Shown piece by piece: positions 29,936 through 42,553 of a DNA stretch of 64,000 nucleotides. Both the position numbers and the translations under genes were made by a program. Numbering within the stretch: position 1 is the first letter of the stretch; each line of letters begins with the position of its first letter. The stretch is from Eledone cirrhosa (taxonomy: Eukaryota), in NCBI GenBank assembly GCA_964016885.1, contig OZ024741.1, positions 183,892,001-183,956,000 on the forward strand. Reading direction: 5' to 3'. A model generated the notes under the pieces. That model was not told the DNA's origin, ran no database searches, and was given only the letters and a program-made list of their open reading frames with translations.

Positions 29936-30036
29936 CAATAATAACAATAATAATAATAGTAATAAAATAATTGTTTCTACTTTTGGCACAAGGCCAGCAA
30001 TTATCTCTCCCACTCTCCCTGGTTGATACTGCAACA

Positions 30037-30226
30037 TAATTGTTTCTACGTTTGGCACAAGGCCAGAAAATTAGCCAGCACGTTACTGGTACTTCATTTT
30101 ATCGAACCCGTAAAGATGAAAGGCAAAGTTAACCTCGGCGAGATTTGAACTCAGATCGTAAAGGGACATAACTAAGCTGGAAAGCATGGCGTCCGACCCT
30201 CTACCGATACTGCCAATCCACCACCC
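30037..30226 (-). mobile_element. Full-length SINE, short variant (plus a tail fragment at 29968-30003)
   Basis: All SINE modules present. Confidence 0.9.
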
Positions 30227-30474
30227 TTCCACTGCTACCATAAATAATAATAATGAAGTAGATGACATTATATATCGAACGACTAGCGAAGAACTAACAC
30301 TGAAAACCCTATCAATATATTCCAATAATATCTGCAGTTAGATGCTGTGTGACGAAATCATATCTGCACTAATAACATCTAGCTTGCAATTAAATAACAG
30401 ATCCATTGAAGTACGTTTCACAGCTTTTTCCTAATAAATTTAACATGGTGGAGTAAAGCCTTATTGACTTCATT

Positions 30475-30776
30475 GGAGGATTGGCAGTATCAATAGAAGG
30501 CTGGACGCCATGCTTTCCAGCATAGAGTCACAGCCAAGGTTAAATATGTCTTTAATCCTTATGGGGTCGATTAAATAAAGTACCAGTAATGCACTGGGAT
30601 AATTGCTGGCCTTGTGCTAAACGTAGAACAATTATACCAATACTCCATAATACATTGACTATCGTACTAGGTAAATTTACTGGTATTTACTGCTGTTTAC
30701 CAATTATTATACCAATACTCCATAATACATTGACTATCGTACTAGGTAAATTTACTAGGTATTTACTGCTGTTTAC
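30475..30776 (+). mobile_element. Internally deleted SINE followed by an approximately 72-bp tandem duplication
   Basis: The SINE at 30475-30635 lacks the B-box segment. 30629-30700 is repeated at 30701-30776. Confidence 0.8.
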
Positions 30777-30865
30777 ACCAAAATTTATTAATTGGAGTTT
30801 ACGACTATGTATCTAATCATAGATTAATTAACACAAAATACGACAATATATATATACATATATAT

Positions 30866-30898
<33 letters not shown>

Positions 30899-31216
30899 GA
30901 GTGAAGGAGAGAGAGAAAGAGATGTAAAATCCCGATCGCGGCGCCAACTGGTTCCGGCTTGTGTGACCAGCAAGCCTTTACTTGATTAGTGGTCTCCTAG
31001 GTCAGCACCGCAAACTTTCTCTCTCATCCAACCCCGCCACCCAACTCCCTCCCACCCTGTATTTGTTGAAACTATACCCCCAACCTCCCTCTCTCCGGAC
31101 CTGAACGTTGCCTCCCCTGTAGAGGCCTTTTTCTTTTCAAATGTGAACCTAATATAAATGTGTAAAATTGTTTCCCGAGTTTTGTTTGTTTCATTTATTA
31201 ACTATATATATATATA

Positions 31217-32121
31217 TTATGTAAGCGGACAGTACTTGATTTATGGAGTCGCAGAAATCCAAATACTGGATTTTACCAACCTTCCAGGGGTCCGGGTAAA
31301 TTTTCAATCACATATATTTTTATTGTTTGACCCGAATTACTTGGTCGTTTCTTTGGCTGTGCGGATGATTTGTTTAACCACCATCTCAGTGTATTTGGCC
31401 CTTAACGTATTGTTGTAGCTCTGATTCATATGAATCATCGAGCGCTTGCCACACATCTCGGAAGTTGTTTTTCGTTAATTCCTAAGCCGAAATACGATTC
31501 TCGCTAATTTATATTTGTATTAATCTCCAGAGTCTAGCTATTGACCAGTTAATTTTATTGATTTTTTTTAGTTGATTCTATTGACTGATGAATAGCTTTG
31601 TTATATTTAACCATTCTGTCAAGAGCTTTATTAGATTTGTGATATTTTGCATTCTTGCAATATTATACACAACTGAATTCATTCGCCTAATATAAGTGTT
31701 GCCTCCCTTGATGAACTCCACGTGGGGTCAGTAATAGTCACACTTATGAATAGCATTTGAGCAAAAACCCGTTGATAACACGGTTTCCTTGTTCAATCAT
31801 CTTACCAGAAGCCTAACATTCTTTATGTAAACGGACAGTACTTTATTTATGGAGTCGCAGAAATCCAAATACTGGATTTTACCAACCTTCCAGGGGTCCG
31901 GGTAAATTTTCAATCACATATATTTTTATTGTTTGACCCGAATTACTTGGTCGTTTCTTTGGCTGTGCGGATGATTTGTTTAACCACAATCTCAGTGTGT
32001 TTGGCCCTTAACGTATTGTTGTAGCTCTGATTCATATGAATCATCGAGCGCTTGCCACACATCTCGGAAGTTGTTTTTCGTTAATTCCTGAGCCGAAATA
32101 CGATTCTCGGTAATTTATATA
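31217..32121. repeat. Approximately 300-bp direct repeats (31217-31513, 31823-32121) around an approximately 310-bp spacer, flanked by (TA)n
   Basis: Two near-identical copies with a few substitutions; a partial-tandem layout like Penelope pLTR-body-pLTR. Confidence 0.85.
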
Positions 32122-32194
32122 TATATATATATATATATATTTATTTATACAATGGAAATAATAATCAAAGAGTGTTTAATCTTTCAAGCATTTA

Positions 32195-32245
32195 ATAACT
32201 AATGATCGTTTCATCCTAGCACACACCAGTAATCATCGGAGTTAC
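32195..32245 (-). ncRNA. Minimal hammerhead motif (family E), slightly degenerate
   Basis: Minus strand: GTAACT-CCGATGA-TTACTGGTGTGTGCTAGGAT-GAAA-CGATCA-TT-AGTTAT. 6-bp stem I, U4C core variant, near-palindromic stem III. Confidence 0.65.
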
Positions 32246-32893
32246 TGAAAAAGTTATACACAAATATAAGTTCAAAACTTTGTTACAAGAACATTTGGAG
32301 GATAGATACTATGAGAGGTTAGATAAGCGGAAGCAATAATATTTATACGAGGTGACTGAGGCGGAAAACATATGAAAAATAGGAGCAGATAAAATGTAAT
32401 AAAATAAAGTAAAATAAAGTAAAATAAAATACATGTGTTTACAGATAAATGAAGTACAGTAAAAATCATATATAGTTGTGGACAAAATTGTTGTTGAGAA
32501 AATTAGTAATAGGAGACAGAGGAAACGTAATTCAAAATAAGAAAATGTTAGATGCACGTGTAGCATAGCATATGATTACGGGCAGGTGCAAAACTATACG
32601 TTCGACTACACAATTCAGTCATATTAACAATTTTTCAAAACGCGTAATTATGTTGTGTGGAATAAATAAATAAAACAATCAAACCTTCAAAATAAAAAAA
32701 AACAAAAAATAAAACATACAAAAACAACATAGATGGAAGTATTATATAAGTAAGGCATTTAAGACACATCGTCTAAGGCATTACAAGGTATTATACTTAT
32801 TATTTTACATCGAACTATATTCATACTTGTAACTGGTTAATATATATTACTTACCATATATACAGTATATAGATATACTTATATATATATACA

Positions 32894-32959
<66 letters not shown>

Positions 32960-32960
32960 A

Positions 32961-33132
32961 TCCAGGGTTCAATCGGGAGTAACTACAGTAAGTAAGGTAC
33001 TCAATACATAGTAGAGTATAAATATTTAATATAGAAATGGCTTCTACAGGACTAGAACTGTTGCTTTCGAAGGAAATCAGCAGGAAAGCTTTCCTTCGAA
33101 TGAAACAGTTCTAGTCCTGTAGAAGACATTTT

Positions 33133-33138
<6 letters not shown>
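32961..33138 (-). mobile_element. Penelope-like terminal remnant (family A) with fold-back and a mutated hammerhead
   Basis: Arms 33028-33076 and 33090-33138. The minus-strand motif 33039-33089 has CTGCTGA and GCAA; the plus arm begins at stem II. Confidence 0.75.
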
Positions 33139-33163
<25 letters not shown>

Positions 33164-33244
33164 ACAAGGGAGTCGTGGTAAGGAACCAGATGGACCATAA
33201 TGCACCAGAGTATTCAATACTTAGGGTAGTAGAGTGGGAAATAG

Positions 33245-33416
33245 GAAAATGTATGACCCCGACGGCAGATTTCAAGCCGTTTCGACGGCTATTTCTGGAA
33301 TAGAATTTTCGATGGCTATTTCTAAATTAGAATTTTTAGCGTGGTCACGCTAAAAATTCTAATTTAGTCCAGAAAAAGCCGTCGAAACGGCTTGAGCTCT
33401 CCGTTGGGTCATACAT

Positions 33417-33420
<4 letters not shown>
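33245..33420. repeat. Fold-back inverted repeat carrying hammerhead 3' halves (family F)
   Basis: Outer arms GAAAATGTATGACCC.../...GGGTCATACATTTTC; perfect inner hairpin 33322-33367; GCCGTC-GAAA-CGG..CCG-T(C/T)-GGG on each strand. Confidence 0.75.
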
Positions 33421-33507
<87 letters not shown>

Positions 33508-33631
33508 GGAGGTGAGTTTTATTGTAGTACAATAAAGCAATGCAGATATCGGATAAGAAGCACTCTACAGTTTGTAGGACTGGAGTATATATAATATATA
33601 AGAACAAAAGATGGTTAAAAGAGTTCCATGT

Positions 33632-33700
33632 ATTTTATTATGCGCATTTCAAAAACAAATATCATCATGCAACAATATTTGTGTTTTCATCAGACAAAAC
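33632..33700 (-). ncRNA. Type I hammerhead ribozyme motif (family G), intact
   Basis: Minus strand: GTTTTGT-CTGATGA-AAACACAAATATTGTTG-CA-TGATGATATTTGTTTTT-GAAA-TGCGCA-TA-ATAAAAT. 7-bp stem I, long stem II, palindromic stem III, triplet AUA. Confidence 0.85.
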
Positions 33701-33810
33701 AGGAAGACATGATATTAAGATTAAAAAACACTTGTGGATAGTGCAGTTTTGATGTTGATTTAAAACTGCACTATCCACAAGTGTTTTTAATCTTCATATC
33801 ATGTCTTCCT

Positions 33811-33879
33811 GTTGTGTCTGATGAAAACACAAATATTGTTGCATGATGATATTTCTTTTTGAAATGCGCATAATAAAAT
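33811..33879 (+). ncRNA. Type I hammerhead ribozyme motif (family G), mirror copy
   Basis: CTGATGA 33818-24, GAAA 33861-64, TGCGCA 33865-70, TA 33871-72. It is the right arm of the inverted repeat 33594-33750/33762-33917. Confidence 0.8.
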
Positions 33880-33908
33880 ACATGGAACTCTTTTAACCAT
33901 CTTTTGTT

Positions 33909-33949
<41 letters not shown>

Positions 33950-34003
33950 ATAATAATGAAATGACAGGAGGCTGGACTTGTGTAAATCCTTGAAAGGTTT
34001 ATT

Positions 34004-34061
34004 ATACTATGATCATTTCAATGACCGGGTTCCGTATGAATCCGGTGATATTATCAGGTAT
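34004..34061 (-). ncRNA. Hammerhead motif (family C) with a G8A change
   Basis: Minus strand: ATAC-CTGATAA-TATCACCGGATTCATACGGAACCCGGTCATT-GAAA-TGATCA-TA-GTAT; homologue of 7235-7291. Confidence 0.7.
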
Positions 34062-34156
34062 TCGAAATATAATGAGTGAATGTAATAGATAAAATCCATG
34101 GGGCTAAAACGACCATACGGAATTGACTAGCTCTATCCAGTGGTGAACCTCAAACC

Positions 34157-34200
<44 letters not shown>

Positions 34201-34534
34201 TGCGTGTGTGTGTGAATGTGTGTGTGTATGTGTAGTAGGTGTATATGTGAAAGCATATACGATACGTTTACGTAAATAAACATGCAAGAGTCTCTAGATG
34301 AATGTTTTAAACTGGGATCATATCACAGCTATCTCAGTGGCCGGTGGGAATGTCATATAGGTGTTTTGGGATTTTTATCTATCATCGGTGACACTTAATA
34401 CAGTCACAGAGAGAGTCTTTTATGTTTATTATATGTTAACATAAGTTATTTGCCTTCGTAAATACCCCTATTATGAATCACGCTGTGGTAGTGCTACTTC
34501 TAATATATATACACACACACACATAGGGCAAACA

Positions 34535-34575
34535 TTGTCCTGCTGATGGCTATAGCAAGAAATGTACAATGACAG
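34535..34575 (+). ncRNA. Degenerate minimal hammerhead motif (family H)
   Basis: TTGTC-CTGCTGA-TGGCTATAGCAA-GAAA-TGTACA-AT-GACAG. Stem I and the palindromic stem III are retained, the core carries A6C, and U16.1 is lost. Confidence 0.45.
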
Positions 34576-34733
34576 TTGTCCCCCGCTGCTTTTGCCGCAA
34601 CCAGCTAGACGGCGCCAGCCGTCAGCCATTCAATATTCATAGCTGGAGGGCTTTCCAAATGTTTATTTATTAAACATACCGTATATCATTAGATATACGA
34701 AATTCACATACTTGTATGTATACAGCTATATAT

Positions 34734-34818
<85 letters not shown>

Positions 34819-34826
34819 TATATAGT

Positions 34827-34857
<31 letters not shown>

Positions 34858-35078
34858 ATATATTTATATATTTATATATATATATATGGCTGGTTTTTAT
34901 TAATGGGCAGTAGCACTAAGACAGCGTTGAGCAGAAGTATGTATATGAAAACATACAATATGTTTACGTACAATAAACACAAGAGAGCCTCGCTATCAGA
35001 GCAAAAGTATTTTTTCTTGTTCTTTAAACATGTCATTGATATCTCAGTAGCCGTTGATATCATGTAGCCGTTGATATC

Positions 35079-35127
35079 AATGCCAGACAGCTGTTTCAAG
35101 ATTCATTAATGTATCATTAGTGACATT
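35079..35127 (-). ncRNA. Minimal hammerhead motif (family I) with a G5A change
   Basis: Minus strand: AATGTCA-CTAATGA-TACATTAATGAATCTT-GAAA-CAGCTG-TC-TGGCATT. 7-bp stem I, palindromic stem III, GUC triplet. Confidence 0.65.
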
Positions 35128-35789
35128 CACTCAAGCAGTTTTGTCAACTGGAGCTTATGGTCGAGTACGTTTACTATGGTTACTGCGCAATGACCTCGAA
35201 CCTGGAAGCGCACACTGACTAAGCAAACTTTTAACCACACTGCGATATTTGCTAAGTAACGCGTTCATGACTACAACTATGAACTAATATAAATAATACA
35301 CACAGCAAACGATGTCGGTGTGCAACAAGGAGAGAAAACACTATATAGTTTGTATTTCGTTTACTCTCCACACAGATCTTCTTAGTTGCATTTCACTGTA
35401 TTTTGGACAATGGTACAATATTTGGTTGTGGATGGTACTGATATGTAAACAATGCTTCAACAGTATTAATCAGAGGCTATTGTACTATCTTGTGTGTGCT
35501 GAGACATTGAATAACATGGCCACAATTAGAGTAGGCTGAAAGCATACAATGTAAGTATGTATGTATGCTTGTATGTATGTATGTATGTATGTATGTATGT
35601 ATGTATGTATGTATGTATGTATGTATGTATGTATGTATGTATGTGTGTATGTATTTATGTGTGTATGTATTTATGTATATATTTATGTATTTCTGTATGT
35701 ATGTATTTATGTATGCATGTATGTATGTATGTATGTATGAATGCATGTTTGTAAGCATTTGTATGTTATGTATGTATATATATGCATGC

Positions 35790-35831
<42 letters not shown>

Positions 35832-35870
35832 TAAACAAACACACATATAATATCATTTTACATATATAGC

Positions 35871-35906
<36 letters not shown>

Positions 35907-35996
35907 CACATACACAGAGACATGAGACATACACACACATATATATATGCATTTATTTCTCTCTCTCTATATATATATGTATATATATATACACAC

Positions 35997-36065
<69 letters not shown>

Positions 36066-36480
36066 ATGTGTGTGTGTGTATGCATGTGTGTAAGGTGACA
36101 GTGAGGAAAGGGTAAGAGAGAAGGATAGAAAAAAAACAAACGGACAAATAAAAGGAAACAAGTTTAAGCAAAAAACAAAAAAACAAACAAAAATAAAACG
36201 AAAAGATATACAAAAGAAAATAGTAAAAAAAAGATGAGAAAAATTAAATAAAGAATTACATAAAATCACCAGGAAAGCCAGTTATAGGAAAATATCAAGG
36301 AGTAATGGATGTTGTGGGGGCTGTAGTGATGGCGATGATGGTGACTGTGGAAGGGGTGATGTTGGCTGTGTTGCGTTCTTTCTTTGTGGTTGTCGGATTC
36401 ATTCAGATTCTGTGTCTTGTTTAATTAATAATAAAAAAAATGTATTGCTGCTTTAGAAACAACCAGAGGCCTTTGTAAAC

Positions 36481-36626
<146 letters not shown>

Positions 36627-36795
36627 ACATCCATTACTCCTTGATATTTTCCTCTATGTGTGTATATATATTTGCATATACATATAAATATATATATGTG
36701 TGTGTATATATATATATATATGCATACACATATACATATATATATACATATATATATATATATACACACATATACATATATATATACATATATAT

Positions 36796-36940
<145 letters not shown>

Positions 36941-37109
36941 ACATCCATTACTCCTTGATATTTTCCTCTATGTGTGTATATATATTTGCATATACATATA
37001 AATATATATATGTGTGTGTATATATATATATATATGCATACACATATACATATATATATACATATATATATATATATACACACATATACATATATATATA
37101 CATATATAT

Positions 37110-37209
<100 letters not shown>

Positions 37210-37884
37210 AAAAGTAAAAGGGAAAGTAAAGAGGTGGGAATTGAGTGTTGGTTGGGCGCTAAATTGTGGTGAGGTGTGGGAAAACGAAAGGAGAAATGAG
37301 AGGAAAGTGAGGGGAAACTGCGAATATTTGAATATTTTCAATTTGGAAATAAAGTTAAGAAAGATAAGAGAGCATATAGAGAATGAGAGAATGAGAGAAT
37401 AAGAAAGTGAGAAAATTAGAAAAGTAGAGAGAGAGAGAGGGGGGGGGGAGAAATATGAAACTGAGAAAGATGATAAAATCAAAGAAATTATACAGATAAG
37501 TGCAAGAAGATAAACAAACAAGCAAAAAAAGAATTTAGCGTAAAGTTTTCTCGGTAGGAACAAAGTTAAACGGAGAAAATCATATAAATATATGTATGTA
37601 TATTTGTAAGCATGTATGTGCGCATGCATGTATATATGTAAATTACATACACACACACACATATAAATATATAGTTGAAAATGAACGAACAAAACACAGG
37701 AGGCAATTGTACACAATTATATATATATATATATATATATGTAACAAAAAAAAAAGGGCTGTGGTAGGGTGAAAGCAAAGGAGCGTTACTGGAGACAACC
37801 CACTTCCGTTTCGTGCACAATATAGCAACGAGGGAAGCTAGAATGATAAAAGCAACAACAAAAAAACGGCAACAACAACAGCAG

Positions 37885-37932
<48 letters not shown>

Positions 37933-38215
37933 TAACAACAATGATAATGATTATAATGATGATAATAATATTTCGAAGAGCAGCAGGAGTTTCAAACGTA
38001 TCATCATCATCATCAGCAACAACAACAGCAATAGTATTAGTAACAGCAACAACAAAACATAGTTAAGATATTAAACTAAATATAAATACATTAAAAGACC
38101 CAATTCCTCAAATAATGTCAGAAACCAGAGTTTCTTCAATATTTCTTCTGCATTTTATTCTCTCTCTGTTTTTTAATACCCGTCTCTCTCTAACTCATTC
38201 TTTCTCTCGCTTCAC

Positions 38216-38249
<34 letters not shown>

Positions 38250-38250
38250 A

Positions 38251-38299
<49 letters not shown>

Positions 38300-38393
38300 C
38301 TTACCTACCTACCTACCTACCTACCTACCTACCTACCTACCTACCTACCTACCTACCTACCTACCTACCTACCTACCTACCTACCTACCTATG

Positions 38394-38480
<87 letters not shown>

Positions 38481-38482
<2 letters not shown>

Positions 38483-41400
38483 CTTTATCTGCCTGACGCG
38501 TGGAACATCGCCGGTAAGACTTTTTGTAAATTTATATAGGAAAAACAGAACAAATTGTTTGAAAAAACATATCATTTTGTAGAATACCCCCAAGCTGAAT
38601 TGCCAGCTGGGTGGTAATCCCATTTTTCGCCCCTTTAGGGGCGAACATTTAATTAAAAAATTGTTTAAAAAAATCAAATTTTGCCAACTATAAAACATGA
38701 ATAACTCGAAAAGAACGCTAGGGAACGTCGACAGAGAGAAGAGAGGTAAAGAGGCAGATATTAACGTTATATCTGCTTCTGCTACTATGGACGTCGCCAT
38801 AGATACGACTGTCAACAAAGAGAAAAAATATTACCACTTGAAGATTTTTAAATTTCTACCGTCGAAGCGGAGAAAAATAACACACAGCATACAGGAATTA
38901 AACCTATTAATATAGATACACATGAAAAAGACAACAACAACAACAACTCCATAGATACATCTACAGATAAAGTTTCACCTCGTCAAGAAATTGCAATTTC
39001 CAACACCGAGCTAACAACGATAACAACAACAATAGCAACACCACACAAAAAGATCTCTTTCGCTGAAACAGTGAACAAAAAACAAGATTTTATAAATCTT
39101 GACATCTCCAATGCTCCAGCAAGGGAAAAAATTTGTAACTTTCGAAGACAAAGGTGGGTTTAGAATTAACTCACCCCTCGAAATAAAAGAGAGACAGTTC
39201 GTAGGACAGTGACCTTCAGGACTGTCTCCAATACAACGAGAAAGCCGATATTTGTTAGTCAAGGAGATATAGAAGCTACCTTGAAGGAAATTCTAGCAAA
39301 TATTGACTTTCTCCACGATGAAAACAGTACGGAAGTGTTTCCGTACTGTTTAAAAGCGAGGCACTCACCCAAAAACATTTTGTGACACCAATGGTGTCAA
39401 AAGCATTCACCTTTTTCCCTACGTAGATGGGAAAAAGAACACAAAAAATAAGAATAAAAAATATACCACCAAACATTAACATCTGGTGGATCTTGGCTGG
39501 TTTCGTATAGCCAGAGACTGATATGATTCTTTCGATACGAAATCTATTAGACAAAGGTGGGCGGGTACTGATTTGGAGATTCTGATGCAAATGAGGCCGG
39601 AGAGAATCTCCAAAATACCAGAAAAAGTCGTCATCGACGACAACAACAACATAAATATTTCGGTAGAAGGGCGTCAATTGCATTGCTTTCGCTGTGGTAG
39701 CACGGCACACCTAAAAACCTCCTGTCCTTCACAAACACACCACAACAACATCATTAAAAAAACGCTATTACCAGCACCAACACCAAAACAACCACCACCA
39801 CAGTACAACAACAGACGAAACGAGCAAACACATCAAAACAAACAGCCACCCAACCAACAACAACAGAAAAAACACAGACAGCACCCCTGAAGAACACAGC
39901 CCCACCCCATCCCACTCCACCAAACACTACCACAAACACATACACCAAAACACCACCACCACACAACATACCCCTACCCCACACTCCTGACGATGATTAT
40001 TCACCGACAGATGAGGTTGTTTCTCCTTCTTCAAGTGAAGAAGAGGGAGAGCTTCGGAAATCTAAAAAACAAAAAAAGAGACACCACAAAACCCCCAAAA
40101 CTCCAATCACCAACGCCAACACAAACAACACCACACTCAAACATCCCCCTACAAACAAAACCAACACCAACACCACCCAAACACAAGCACCCACCATAAA
40201 AAGAAAACTCCCGGACGAACAACAAACTAAAACAACACAACAAAAACACAAACAACAATACGCATACTTCAACACAAACAACAAGAGTCTGATGGAGGTC
40301 ATCTCCCAAAACCCCAATGTGGAGATGGAGCGCAAAACTTTCGCCAAAGCAGAATCGTCTCCACACCTTAAACTTATAAGGGTTTATATAGAAACCTATA
40401 GTGACCTTAAAAATAAATTTTCACAGGACGAGGGCATCCCCTGCCAGAAACCCATCAACCGCGTCCTGTTAAAATGTTTCCCCACCCCACCCAACACCCC
40501 ATCCACCACCCAAATGGAGATTGAACAGCTCGATCTCCAGGTAACGAAAAGGTAAGTGCACCGTTTCGTCCTTTTTCTCCAACTCTTCTTCACCAACATG
40601 GCTAGTTTACGAGTTGGAAGCGTGAACGTGCGTGGCCTAGGGATGCCCTGGAAACAGAGCCAACTTTTAAATGACCTTAGGTCACACGGTATGGATGTGA
40701 TAGCCATCACCGAGTCCAGGATCCACAACAGGCAGCAACTAACCCCCATCTTCGACGACTTTGAGATCTACGCATCTCTCTGTCAGCCAGGAGGTGGAGG
40801 TGGAGTGGCTGTCATGTTTCGGAAGAACCTGGACGTCGAAGTACAGCAAGTACACTTAGACCCGGAGGGTAGACTGGTAGTCCTAGACGTGAACAGTATT
40901 GGAAGTGGAGCCTTCAGACTGGTGGCCGTTTATGCGCCGACCGGGCAATCGCAATCAAGGCCAGATGTCTTTAAGCGTCTAGAGTCTTTTCTGGGAACGT
41001 CTCGCTCCTTACTTTTAGTGGGGGACTGGAATGGTATCCTAGATGCACGATGGGACTCTGTGGGAGCATGTCACAGTAGAGGGGAGTGCAACATCTTCAA
41101 AAGTTTAATCGGCCAATTCCAACTGGCCGATAGGTATCGACTGGATTTCCCGACTGCACCACAGTGGACGTGGGCAAACCGCAGCGGGACATCTAAATCG
41201 TATTTAGATAGGTTCTTCATTAGAGAAAGGGATAAGGAGATGTTAAGCTGTCCACGGACGCACATGGTTGCCTATTCAGATTACAAATTAGTTGTCTGCT
41301 TAGTCAACCGTGATAGAACACATAGAGAGGGACCCGAATACTGGAAGCTGAACGTGTCGTTGCCGGCACGTAAAGCTTACAGTGAACAGATAAGTAAACT

Positions 41401-41794
41401 AGTCAAGCAACAGTTAACGGGAGCCATCGTCAACAATAGATGGTGGTACTCTCTCAAAAAAGCAATTAGAGTAGAATCAATAGAGTTTAGCAGAGAGTTA
41501 GCCTTAGAGAAAAACAAAATAGAAAGAGAACTAGTAGCCAAGGTAGAGGAGGAACTTAGTGGCAACGCGGCTAGAGTGTTAGCGTTGAGAACGGCACTAG
41601 ACCAGTTCTTCGACACGAAACACAAAGGCTACGTGGTCAGAAGCAAAACACGTGCTCTAGGAAATGAAAGAGCGAAAGCTGTCAGCTGGGCCCGAATGGC
41701 GGAGGCAAAAAGTGGCAACAAGACCACGATTCGGTCTTTGAAAGACCAAAACGAACGCGTGCTACTTGACCCCAAGCAAATGTGCGCGGTCTTT

Positions 41795-41797
<3 letters not shown>
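38481..41797 (+). mobile_element. Tx1/L1-clade non-LTR retrotransposon, 5' portion (5' UTR, decayed ORF1, start of ORF2), 3'-truncated
   Basis: Begins right after a (TATC)n/(TACC)n tract. The ORF1 remnant has a gag-type zinc knuckle CFRCGSTAHLKTSC (39684-39725) and a Pro/Thr/Gln-rich tail, followed by an APE endonuclease ORF. It ends abruptly at (CA)n. Confidence 0.88.
40598..41797 (+). pseudogene. ORF2 N-terminus: apurinic-like endonuclease and linker; reverse transcriptase domain absent
   Basis: Motifs SVNVRGL, ITES, VAVYAP, VGDWN, SYLDRF, SDY (the catalytic His of SDH is replaced) and YWKLN. Confidence 0.88.
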
Positions 41798-41869
<72 letters not shown>

Positions 41870-41927
41870 TATATATATATAATGAGCATCTCGAGCCGAT
41901 GTTTCATACGCAATAGAGCATGTAGAC

Positions 41928-42207
41928 CAGGCATAAGCAACCTTTTTCGAGAAGCCGGACGCATGAGATATGGCTCATCATCAGGCGGGCCGGAAACGCT
42001 AATTTACATTCGTGTACACATTAAAAAAAGGGCGGTAACTCAAGTTGTTTTGATTTGTTTCTTCAGAATTTGTACACGTTGTTTTGCTCGATCGTAAAAA
42101 TGATAGAAAGATAAATTACAACTGACAAGTCGGGGTAAAAAATCAGAAAAGCTTGACTTAAGCGAGCCATTCAGAAAGACTCACGGGTCGCAGGTTGCCC
42201 ATGGCTG
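41928..42207. mobile_element. hAT (Buster/Charlie-type) MITE, 280 bp
   Basis: TIRs CAGGCATAAGCAACCT / AGGTTGCCCATGGCTG; 8-bp TSD ATGTAGAC (41920-27) / GTGTAGAC (42208-15) with central TA. Confidence 0.85.
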
Positions 42208-42330
42208 GTGTAGACTATAACTTATCCCCCTCTACCGAGTGACTGGACGTCACTGATTACCAATAAAAATCCAGAAACATGACCCAGACATTCTCCCATA
42301 TAAATATCACACATGATCGCTGCTTATACA

Positions 42331-42380
<50 letters not shown>

Positions 42381-42522
42381 CCCCCCCCCCCACATATATA
42401 TATATTTATTTATTTATAGATATTACATATATGTGTGTGTGTGTGTGTGTGTGTGTTGTGTGTATTGTATAAGCACCGACCATGTGTGATATACATATAT
42501 ATGTGAGAATGTCATATATATG

Positions 42523-42553
<31 letters not shown>

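Noticed and set aside
31514-31822. GIY-YIG endonuclease remnant between the direct repeats
   Set aside because: Manual minus-strand translation gave only vague resemblance, with stops.
35375-35480. Further CTGA...GAAA matches (also near 3740 and 42265)
   Set aside because: Stem I or the UH site could not be formed, so they are likely chance matches.
37740-37840. ETS-like CACTTCCG motif as a host promoter
   Set aside because: A single short motif with no associated exon evidence.
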